NCBI GenBank assembly: GCA_052146595.1
Contig: JBKQMT010000037.1
Span: 8,097 to 72,096 of the forward strand
Source: Acidimicrobiales bacterium
Lineage (GTDB): Bacteria > Actinomycetota > Acidimicrobiia > Acidimicrobiales > Bog-793
Direction: 5' to 3'
Length of the DNA: 64,000 bases
Part shown: positions 9,351-16,600 of the stretch, piece by piece
How the letters are laid out: each line of letters starts with the position of its first letter
Numbering within the stretch: the stretch's first letter is position 1
Program-made: the position numbers and the translations under genes
The notes under the pieces: model-generated
What the model was told of the DNA's origin: nothing
Seen by the model: only the letters and a program-made list of their open reading frames with translations
Databases searched by the model: none

Positions 9351-11201
9351 ATGCCGGGCATGGGCAGGTCATTGCAGACGAACAACTCGACGGTCATCGC
9401 GGCCTTCGAGTCGGCTCTCGTCCACCAAGGACTTGTCGTTCTCGTGATCCTGGCCCTGCTCGCGGTTGCCTGGAACGTGCTGCGTCGCGTGCAGCTGCGC
9501 CAGGCGACAGCTCTGGGGGGACGGCAGGTCGCGGTCCCGGCCGGCGAGCAGGGCTCTCCCGAACCGGCGGGCCTCCGGCTCCTCCGGATCAGCTTCGGGT
9601 GCATATGGATCTTCGACGGGATCCTCCAGGCCCAGGTCTCCATGCCGCTCGGGATGATCTCGGGCGTCATCCAACCGGCCGCCGCGGGATCGCCTTCTTG
9701 GGTTCTTCGTCTCGTGAACCTCGGGGCGACGATCTGGAACAACCACCCCGTCCCGGCCGCCGCGTCCGCGGTCTGGATCCAGCTCGGCATCGGCCTCTGG
9801 CTGCTAGTCGCGCCCCGCGGGAACTGGCTGCGGCTCGCGGGAGCGGCGAGCGTTGTCTGGGGGCTGATCGTCTGGGTCTTCGGAGAGGCCTTCGGCTCGA
9901 TCTTCGCCCCGGGTCTGACTTGGCTATTCGGTGCCCCTGGTGGCGTCGTCTTCTACGTCATCGCCGGCGCGCTCGTCGCTCTGCCCGAGCGCTCCTGGTC
10001 CGGACCCCGTCTTGGGCGGAGGATCCTCGCCGTGATGGGCCTTTTCTTCGTGGGCATGGCTGTGCTCCAGGCCTGGCCTGGCCGCGGTTTCTGGCAGGGC
10101 CAGCCCAACCCGCACGCCGTCGCCGGCACGCTCACAGGAATGGTGCAGTCCATGGTGCAGACGACCCAACCGGGCTTTCTCTCTTCTTGGGTGGCCAGCT
10201 TCGCGGCCTTCGACGCCGCGCACGGCTGGGCGGTCAACCTGTTCGCCGTCGCCACACTTGCGACGATCGGCGTCGCCTTCCTGATCGGCCGACCCCGCGT
10301 GGTCTTCTGGGCTGTCGTGGCCGGCATTCTGCTGTGCCTCTTCGACTGGGTGCTGATCGAGGACCTCGGCTTCCTCGGCGGGGTCGGCACGGACCCGAAC
10401 AGCATGATCCCGATGCTGCTCGTCTTCGGCACCGGCTACCTCGCCATCACACGGCTCCCGCTCAAGGTACCCGAGACGATCCCCGAGATCGGCCCCACGG
10501 AGAGCTCGCTCGGCTGGTCCGGGCGACTCGTCTCGAGGCCGGCCTACGCGCTCCGCAGCCTGGCCGCGATCGGCGCGATGGGGGTCGTGCTGCTCGGAGC
10601 GGCCCCAATGGTCGCCGCCTCGACGAACCCCGTTGCGGACCCCCTCCTAACCGAGGCGATCAACGGCAGCCCTGGGTTCACGAACGTCGTGGCCTCGCCG
10701 TTCCGACTCATCGACCAGCAAGGACGGGCGGTCAGCCTGGGAGGCTTGCGGGGCAAGGTCATCGTGCTGACGTTTCTCGATCCCGTCTGCACCACGGACT
10801 GCCCTCTCATCGCCCAGGAGTTCGACGAGGCCGACCAGATGCTGGGCAGGCTTGCTGCCCGGACCGAATTCATCGCCATCGTCGCCAACCCGATCTATCG
10901 CTCCGTGGCGGCGACGCTGGCCTTCACCCGCACCGAGGGGCTCGCGGGCGTGAAGAACTGGCTGTTCCTCACGGGATCGCGCAGTGCCCTCGGACGCGTC
11001 TGGAACGATTATGGAGTTCAGGTGGCCGTCGAGCCCGCCGGGGCCATGGTGGCTCACAACGACATCGCGTACGTAATCGACAAGAAGGGTCGAGTGCGCG
11101 AGATCCTGCAGGCCGATCCCGGTTCGGGGACCGCTCCGATGAGATCCTCCTTCGCAGGGCTCGTCGCCGGCGAGGTGCGGGACCTCCTGGCGACGTCATG
11201 A
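9351..11201 (+). CDS. Polytopic membrane protein fused to a C-terminal SCO/SenC thioredoxin-fold domain
   Basis: N-terminal MPGM; about 9-10 hydrophobic segments; C-terminal FRLIDQQG, DPVCTTDCP (CxxxC), WLFLTGS, VAHND (His ligand); GGAGG RBS. Confidence 0.85.
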   Translation: MPGMGRSLQTNNSTVIAAFESALVHQGLVVLVILALLAVAWNVLRRVQLRQATALGGRQVAVPAGEQGSPEPAGLRLLRISFGCIWIFDGILQAQVSMPLGMISGVIQPAAAGSPSWVLRLVNLGATIWNNHPVPAAASAVWIQLGIGLWLLVAPRGNWLRLAGAASVVWGLIVWVFGEAFGSIFAPGLTWLFGAPGGVVFYVIAGALVALPERSWSGPRLGRRILAVMGLFFVGMAVLQAWPGRGFWQGQPNPHAVAGTLTGMVQSMVQTTQPGFLSSWVASFAAFDAAHGWAVNLFAVATLATIGVAFLIGRPRVVFWAVVAGILLCLFDWVLIEDLGFLGGVGTDPNSMIPMLLVFGTGYLAITRLPLKVPETIPEIGPTESSLGWSGRLVSRPAYALRSLAAIGAMGVVLLGAAPMVAASTNPVADPLLTEAINGSPGFTNVVASPFRLIDQQGRAVSLGGLRGKVIVLTFLDPVCTTDCPLIAQEFDEADQMLGRLAARTEFIAIVANPIYRSVAATLAFTRTEGLAGVKNWLFLTGSRSALGRVWNDYGVQVAVEPAGAMVAHNDIAYVIDKKGRVREILQADPGSGTAPMRSSFAGLVAGEVRDLLATS

Positions 11202-12409
11202 GCTGTCTCGTGGCACGAGAGAGCAGCTCATGGGGGCGGGCCGTGCGGGTCCTGGCGCTCGGGGCCGTCGGCGCTCTCGTCGCGGCTTGCACGTCGGCTG
11301 GCAACACTTCAGCCGGCGCCACCAAGCCGACGTCTTCACCTGTGGTCCAAGTCTCGCTCGACGGATCGCTCGCAACACCCGACGGGAGCTGGGCGGTTGT
11401 GAAGATGGGTCATCTCGACGAGCTCGCGAACACCTTCTGGCAGCTCTTCGTCCTGCGGAGAGGTGCTTCCCGCTGGTCTCTCGTCACCCCATCCGGCTTC
11501 GCGGACAACGGCGGACTCGTCGCAACCTCCGCCAGGGGCACCCAGCTCGTGACGGGTTTCCAAGCGAACCAGCTGAACCACTTCTCGCCGCTGGCTGTTA
11601 CCTCTGACGGGGGTAGGACGTGGGCACCGGGTGTCCTGGGACAGGCCCTCGCCGCCGTCCCTGATGCCATCGCCGCCTCGGCGACCGGCGAGATGTTGGC
11701 GCTGGTCGGGGGACAGGCGAGCTCGATCCTCTGGAGCGCAGGGAACCTGTCGGACTGGCAAGAGCTCGTCTCGGAGAAGTCGCTCGCCGCCTCGGCGCCC
11801 GGGCGCAGGTGCGCAGTGACGACGCTGACCGCCGTTTCCTTCACGTCTGGAGGTGAACCGCTCGTCGGAGCGATCTGTTCGCGAGCTGGAAGCGTCGGGA
11901 TTTTCGAGCACGCCGGCCAAAGCTGGCGATCCTTCGCACCTCGGCTTCCGGCCTCGGTGAGACACGCGACGACGCAGGTTGTTCGCCTCACGTTTGCGAA
12001 TGGGACTGTCTTCGCGGTCATCGCCGCCAATACGGGCCCGCTCAGGGCGCTGTTCGCGGCGCGGTTCCTGCCCGGCCTGTCTGAGTGGGCGGTTTCCGGC
12101 GCGCTCGTCTTGCCGCAATCCGCCCAGGTGCTCTCCTCCGGGACGTCATCTGGTGGCGGCGTCTTCGTCGCCCTTTCGAGCGGGACTGCGGAACGCGTCG
12201 AGGCGCAGGCCGCTTTCAACGGTTCCTGGAGGCAGCTTCCGGCGGTGCCAGTCGGTACGGCAACGGTCGCCTTCCCCCTCCCGGGCCGCGTCGATGCGTT
12301 CGTGTCAAGAGGTTCGATGCTGACCGACTACACCCTGGATGCAAGCCAAGACAGATGGCGACGCGCGCAGGTGATCGAGGTGCCGATTCAGTACGGCTCC
12401 TCGAGCTGA
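11198..12409 (+). CDS. Uncharacterised lipoprotein, probably a beta-propeller with an Asp-box-like motif
   Basis: ATGA overlap with the SCO gene stop; lipobox LVAAC; TSDGGRTW; real gene is the 3' part of ORF 9599..12409. Confidence 0.7.
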   Translation: MSCLVARESSSWGRAVRVLALGAVGALVAACTSAGNTSAGATKPTSSPVVQVSLDGSLATPDGSWAVVKMGHLDELANTFWQLFVLRRGASRWSLVTPSGFADNGGLVATSARGTQLVTGFQANQLNHFSPLAVTSDGGRTWAPGVLGQALAAVPDAIAASATGEMLALVGGQASSILWSAGNLSDWQELVSEKSLAASAPGRRCAVTTLTAVSFTSGGEPLVGAICSRAGSVGIFEHAGQSWRSFAPRLPASVRHATTQVVRLTFANGTVFAVIAANTGPLRALFAARFLPGLSEWAVSGALVLPQSAQVLSSGTSSGGGVFVALSSGTAERVEAQAAFNGSWRQLPAVPVGTATVAFPLPGRVDAFVSRGSMLTDYTLDASQDRWRRAQVIEVPIQYGSSS

Positions 12410-12438
12410 GCAGCACCTCGAGCCGGGCGGCGGCGCCC

Positions 12439-13614
12439 TCAGCCCGTCGCCGCAGCCCGGTAGGGGCGGAAGAACACCCGCAGCTCTTCCGCGTAGAGCT
12501 CGGGCTCCTCGAACGGCGCGAAGTGCCCGCCGCGGGCGGGCTCGGTCACGCGCACGACGTTCGCCGTCCGCTCGAGCCATGCCCGCGGCGGGCGGACGAT
12601 GTCGCCGGAAAAGAGCGAGAAGCCGGACGGCACCTCGACCCGGCGGGCGTGCTGCGAGGGCGGGATCGCAGCGTTCGCGCGGTACATGCGCATCGACGAG
12701 CCGATCGTCCCCGTGAGCCAGTAGAGCGTGACGTTCGTGAGGATCTCGTCCTTCGTGAAACGCCTTTCGACGTCGCCGTCGCAGTCGCTCCACGCCCGGA
12801 GCTTCTCGACGATCCACGCGGCGAGCCCGGCTGGCGAGTCGGTAAGAGAGAAGGCGGCGGTCTGGGGCTTCGTGCGGTGCATGGCGGCGTAGGCGCCCTC
12901 GGTCGCGCCCCAGGCCGCGGCGCTCTCGAGCCAGGCGCGCTCTTCGGGCGCGAGATCCGCCGGGTCGCCGGTGAAGACGGGCAGGCCCGCGTCGGTGCGA
13001 TGGACGGCCACGACCCGGTCGGGGTGGTCGAGCCCGAGGTAGCGGCTCACGTGACTGCCCATGTCCCCGCCCGCCGCGCCGAACCGCGCGTAGCCGAGGA
13101 TGCCCATGAGCTCGGCCCACAGACCGGCGACGGCGATGGCGTCGAGGGGCGGGCCACTGGGGCGGTCGGAGTACCCGTAGCCCGGCATATCGGGCACGAC
13201 CACGTCGAACGCGTCGGCGGGGTCGGCGCCGTGCGCGCCGGGGTCGCTGAGGAGTGGGACGACCTTGGCGTAACGCCAGAACGAGTCCGGCCAGCCGTGG
13301 CTGAGGACCAGTGGCAGGACGGGCCCGGCCGGCGCGGCGGCCCGGGCGTGCACGAAGTGGATCCCGAGGCCGCCGAGCGGGACGCGGAAATGGGCGAGCC
13401 GGCCGAGCGCCGCCTCCTGCGCCGGCCAGTCGAACCCGTCTGCCCAGTAGGCGACGAGCTCGCGGAGGTAGGCGAGGTCGGTCCCGAGCGACCACCCGGC
13501 GTCCTCGGGCGTGTCCGGCCAGCGAGTCGCGCGCAACCGCGCACGGAGGTCCTCGAGCGCCGCGGGGGCGGTCTGCGGGGTGAACGGCTCGGCTCGGGGC
13601 GGGGCGTCCGACAT
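12439..13614 (-). CDS. Epoxide hydrolase (EHN-domain alpha/beta hydrolase)
   Basis: DLRARLRATRWPD, FDW, HGWPDSF, PDMPGYGYS, GGDMGS, GGHFAPFEEP. Confidence 0.93.
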   Translation of the reverse strand: MSDAPPRAEPFTPQTAPAALEDLRARLRATRWPDTPEDAGWSLGTDLAYLRELVAYWADGFDWPAQEAALGRLAHFRVPLGGLGIHFVHARAAAPAGPVLPLVLSHGWPDSFWRYAKVVPLLSDPGAHGADPADAFDVVVPDMPGYGYSDRPSGPPLDAIAVAGLWAELMGILGYARFGAAGGDMGSHVSRYLGLDHPDRVVAVHRTDAGLPVFTGDPADLAPEERAWLESAAAWGATEGAYAAMHRTKPQTAAFSLTDSPAGLAAWIVEKLRAWSDCDGDVERRFTKDEILTNVTLYWLTGTIGSSMRMYRANAAIPPSQHARRVEVPSGFSLFSGDIVRPPRAWLERTANVVRVTEPARGGHFAPFEEPELYAEELRVFFRPYRAAATG

Positions 13615-13745
13615 GGGACGCATCCTACGGATCGCGCCGCACTACTCCGCGAACGCGCTGAGGCGAGCCGAGCCAACGTGTCGCTCTTGCGCTTTTCGCG
13701 CTGCGTGTGCTCCCAGCGCCCGCGCCCTGACGTTCCTATCCCTGC

Positions 13746-14117
13746 TCAGCTCACTGCTTTCTTCACGAGGGCTGCGACAGTTGTCTCTTCCGCGTCCGTC
13801 AACCCCTTCAGCGCGAAGTAGATCGGCCACATAGCGCCTTCATCTAGGTTCGCCCCATCGTTGAAGCCCAGGGTCATGTACCTCTCTTTGAACTTCTGTG
13901 CGCTGCGGAAGAAGCAAACGACCTTGCCGTCCTTGGCATACGCGGGCATCCCGTACCAGGTTCTCGGCGACAGCGCTGGGGCGTTGGCCTTGATGATGGC
14001 ATGGAGCCGCTCGCCTATGACGCGGTCCGGCCCCGGCATCGAAGCGATCGCAGCGAGCACCTCGGCCTCACCGTCCGCCTTCTTCGTTGCCCTCTTGGTC
14101 GTGTTCTCGTTAGCCAT
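13746..14117 (-). CDS. DUF1801 (YdhG-like) domain protein
   Basis: [33 protein letters not shown]...RYMTLGF; RBS GAGGAAGGA. Confidence 0.85.
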   Translation of the reverse strand: MANENTTKRATKKADGEAEVLAAIASMPGPDRVIGERLHAIIKANAPALSPRTWYGMPAYAKDGKVVCFFRSAQKFKERYMTLGFNDGANLDEGAMWPIYFALKGLTDAEETTVAALVKKAVS

Positions 14118-14138
14118 AGTCCTTCCTCGTTAGGAATA

Positions 14139-14186
14139 TACGCGGCCTCCCACGCGAACCCGTCGGGGTAGGTGAAGGGAGGTCAT
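14139..14186 (-). pseudogene. Collapsed remnant of a glyoxalase gene (start codons fused to the last codons)
   Basis: ATG ACC TCC (MTS) followed out of frame by PFTYPDGFAWEAA; resembles both termini of the ~200 aa glyoxalase I recall from such cassettes. Confidence 0.5.
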
Positions 14187-14312
14187 GGCAGGTTATTTCG
14201 TTACGTGAGCGCGTCGTGCCGTCCGCGACCGCCACGCACCGGAGGTGATGGGGGCACGGTCGTGGCGCCATAGGGGTTGAGCCGGGTTGGCATTTCCCGT
14301 TTGCCGGAGCGC

Positions 14313-14732
14313 TCAGCGGAGCTCCTGGATGCGGACCAGGTTGCCTGCGGGGTCGCGGAAGGCGCAATCGCGGATCCCGTACGGCTGCTCGATCGGTTCC
14401 TGGACGACCTCGGCACCGCTGGCCTGCACATGCTCAAAGGTGCCATCGAGGTCCTTGGTGGCCAGCATGATCCAGCCGTAGGTGCCCTTGGCCATCATCT
14501 CGACGATCATGCGACGCTCGTCGTCGGTGATGCCGGGGTCGAGCGCCGGCGGCGCCAGCAGGATGGAGGTGCCCTGCTGACCTGCCGGCCCGACGGTGAT
14601 CCAGCGCATCGTGCCCGACCCGACGTCGGTGCGGACCTCGAAACCGAGGATGTCGCGATAAAAGGCGAGGGAGGCCTCCGGGTCCGTATGGGGAAGAGGC
14701 GTCGTATGAATGCTCAGGTCCATGGCTGTCAT
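14313..14732 (-). CDS. VOC/glyoxalase-bleomycin resistance family protein
   Basis: ASLAFYRDILGFEV...QEPIEQPYGIRDCAFRDPAGNLVRI. Confidence 0.92.
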   Translation of the reverse strand: MTAMDLSIHTTPLPHTDPEASLAFYRDILGFEVRTDVGSGTMRWITVGPAGQQGTSILLAPPALDPGITDDERRMIVEMMAKGTYGWIMLATKDLDGTFEHVQASGAEVVQEPIEQPYGIRDCAFRDPAGNLVRIQELR

Positions 14733-15184
14733 GGTAAGAGCTGCCCGGTGACCGGCGCTTCTCGATTCCTGACGGGTCTCGTCACCTGTTTCTCCATGCA
14801 GGGCGGCATACCCGCTGTGCCGAGCGCCGCGTGGCGCCGGTAGGCGCTGGGCGACGTCCCGACCAACTCGGTGAAGCGGGTGCTGAAAGTGCCGAGAGAC
14901 GAGCAGCCGACAGCGAAACAGACCTCAGTGACGCTCAGGTCGCCACGGCGTAGCAGCGCCATCGCGCGCTCGACGCGCCGCGTCATTAGGTAGCTGTACG
15001 GCGACTCGCCGTAGGCGAGCTTGAACTCGCGGCTTAGGTGCCCGGCCGACATGTGCACGCCACGGGCGAGCGCCTCGACGTCGAGCGGCTGCGCGTACTC
15101 CCGGTCGATCCGGTCGCGGACGCGGCGCAGCCACGCCAAGTTGCGCAGGTGCCGCGCCGCGCCTGGCGGTCCAGGCCTAGCCAC
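14729..15184 (-). CDS. AraC-family HTH transcriptional regulator (start uncertain)
   Basis: LRRVRDRIDREYAQPLDVEALA...SAGHLSREF...VTEVCFAVGCSSLGTFSTRF. Confidence 0.9.
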   Translation of the reverse strand: MARPGPPGAARHLRNLAWLRRVRDRIDREYAQPLDVEALARGVHMSAGHLSREFKLAYGESPYSYLMTRRVERAMALLRRGDLSVTEVCFAVGCSSLGTFSTRFTELVGTSPSAYRRHAALGTAGMPPCMEKQVTRPVRNREAPVTGQLLP

Positions 15185-15439
15185 GACAGATGACCTGCCA
15201 GGTGGGCGTTCCTTTGGTTTGACCGGGATGCCTCCGTCCAGCTCGGCGCGCAAGTGCTCGCAGTCCCCCGGGGCTGTGAGACCTGCTGGGGAACGTTGGT
15301 TCAAGCTTCAAGTCGGACTTGGTAGCCGTTTGTTCCCGCCTTTCGCATTGCGAGAAGGCCCCCCCACCCGCTTGTCGGGAGCACTCCCGCGCTTTCTCAA
15401 CCGGACGTTGTCGGGGAACAGTAGACGCCGCCCAGATCT

Positions 15440-15700
15440 TCAGTGCTCGTAGTGATACCTGGCCTGGAGGATTACGACGTCATCACCGTCGACTAGGTAC
15501 ACGAGGCGGTGCTCCTCGTCGATGCGCCGCGACCAGCAGCCCTGCAGAACATGTTTCAACTGCTCGGGCTTGCCGATCCCCGTCAGCGGATCGCGGTGTA
15601 CCGCTTCAAGTAGGCGATTGATCCGCTTGCCCGTGGTCCGATCCGTCGCTTGCCAGTAGAGGTAGTCCTCCCAGCCGTGGGGAGTGAAGACGAGACGCAC
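15440..15700 (-). CDS. yoeB: Txe/YoeB family toxin
   Basis: WEDYLYWQ...GIGKPEQLK...WSRRIDEEHRLVY...ARYHY. Confidence 0.95.
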   Translation of the reverse strand: MRLVFTPHGWEDYLYWQATDRTTGKRINRLLEAVHRDPLTGIGKPEQLKHVLQGCWSRRIDEEHRLVYLVDGDDVVILQARYHYEH

Positions 15701-15942
15701 TATGTGATCTCATGCTCTTCACGTTGTCCCTCGAGCGACTGTCGGAGGCTCTCGAGCAGGCGACGGGCATTGGCCGGAACACGGAGCAGGTACGCCGTCT
15801 CTTGAAGCGCGTCGTAGTCCGCTCGAGACATGAGGACGGCATCGCCCCGCTTCGAGGTGATCTCGACCGGTTGGCGGTCGTCGTTCACCTGCTCGATCAA
15901 CGGGAAGAGGTGCTTCCTCGCCTCGCTCGCGGTTATCGCCAT
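15700..15942 (-). CDS. yefM: Phd/YefM family antitoxin
   Basis: ITASEARKHLFPLIEQVNDD...AVLMS..DY.ALQETAYLL..PANARRLLES; 1-nt overlap with the toxin gene. Confidence 0.95.
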   Translation of the reverse strand: MAITASEARKHLFPLIEQVNDDRQPVEITSKRGDAVLMSRADYDALQETAYLLRVPANARRLLESLRQSLEGQREEHEIT

Positions 15943-15958
15943 GGCCGTCTCCTCTCCA

Positions 15959-15982
15959 ACTGGTACGTCATATGGTACCAGT
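15959..15982. promoter_or_regulatory. Palindromic autoregulatory operator of yefM-yoeB
   Basis: ACTGGTAC-N8-GTACCAGT perfect inverted repeat immediately upstream of the yefM RBS; GTAC core typical of YefM operators. Confidence 0.7.
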
Positions 15983-16009
15983 GTTCATTGTCTCGCCGGA
16001 CGCTCGAAG

Positions 16010-16169
16010 CAGTGACGACAAAGCGCTGCTCCCTCATCGCTGCGGCGAGGACATCGTGGTCACCGGCGCCCGTGAGACCTTCGTCGATCGCGGTGTCGAC
16101 GTCGTGGCCCAGCGAGGCGGCGACAAGCCTCGCTGCCTCTGGGAGATTCTCGTCTAGCTTGAGCTTCAC
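16010..16169 (-). pseudogene. 3'-truncated DUF5615 PIN-like toxin
   Basis: MKLKLDENLP...LGHDVDT...EGLTGAGDHDVLAAA.REQRFVVT; similarity ends before the expected LD.GF motif. Confidence 0.75.
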
Positions 16170-16339
16170 CCCGGCGACGGCTCGAGTGGATGTAGCTCCT
16201 CACGAGCGAGAAGGGCCGTGTAGGCAAGGGCGGCGGCGACAGCGCCTGTGGGGAGCGATGGGTACTCGGCGTGAAGCTGACCCTCGGTCATTCCCGCGGC
16301 CAGGCAGTCAAGTACGACGCTCACCGGGATGCGGGTCGA
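16166..16339 (-). pseudogene. 5'-truncated DUF433 antitoxin
   Basis: My translation: STRIPVSVVLDCLAAGMTEGQLHAEYPSLPTGAVAAALAYTALLAREELHPLEPSPG*; in-frame stop just upstream, N-terminus missing; GTGA overlap with the PIN gene. Confidence 0.75.
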
Positions 16340-16465
16340 CCTGCGTCGTCAGCTGTTCGAGGAAACCATCGAGACCGACCACGCCGAGCTCGCGGTGGAC
16401 TCGGCCGCATAGCATTTCAATGGAGCCTCACCCGGAGCCGTTTACACCGGATCTAAGACGTCACC
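16335..16465 (+). mobile_element. Probable right-end remnant of an IS256-family element
   Basis: Orphan C-terminal frame VDLRRQLFEETIETDHAELAVDSAA* followed by TTTACACCGGATCTAAGACGTCACC, resembling IS256 terminal IRs (from memory); no left end seen. Confidence 0.4.
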
Positions 16466-16600
16466 ACGGAGCGCCTAAGCACGGTTAGAGCCGTGGCCGA
16501 CGTTGAGCCGAACAACATCCCGGGTGCAACCGAGGTGCTCGCCCCAGCTGGGTCGTGGGCGAGCGGCGTCGCAGTACGGCGAGAAAGAAACCCATCGTGG

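Noticed and set aside
9599..12409. 936-aa ORF as one protein
   Set aside because: The first 533 codons are an off-frame shadow of the SCO gene; the real gene starts at the ATGA overlap at 11198
12401..13670. Short matches (CGAGCTGAGC at 12402 and 26134; GGCGAGCCG at 13662) as att-site duplications of the island
   Set aside because: 9-10 bp GC-rich matches are expected by chance; not sufficient evidence
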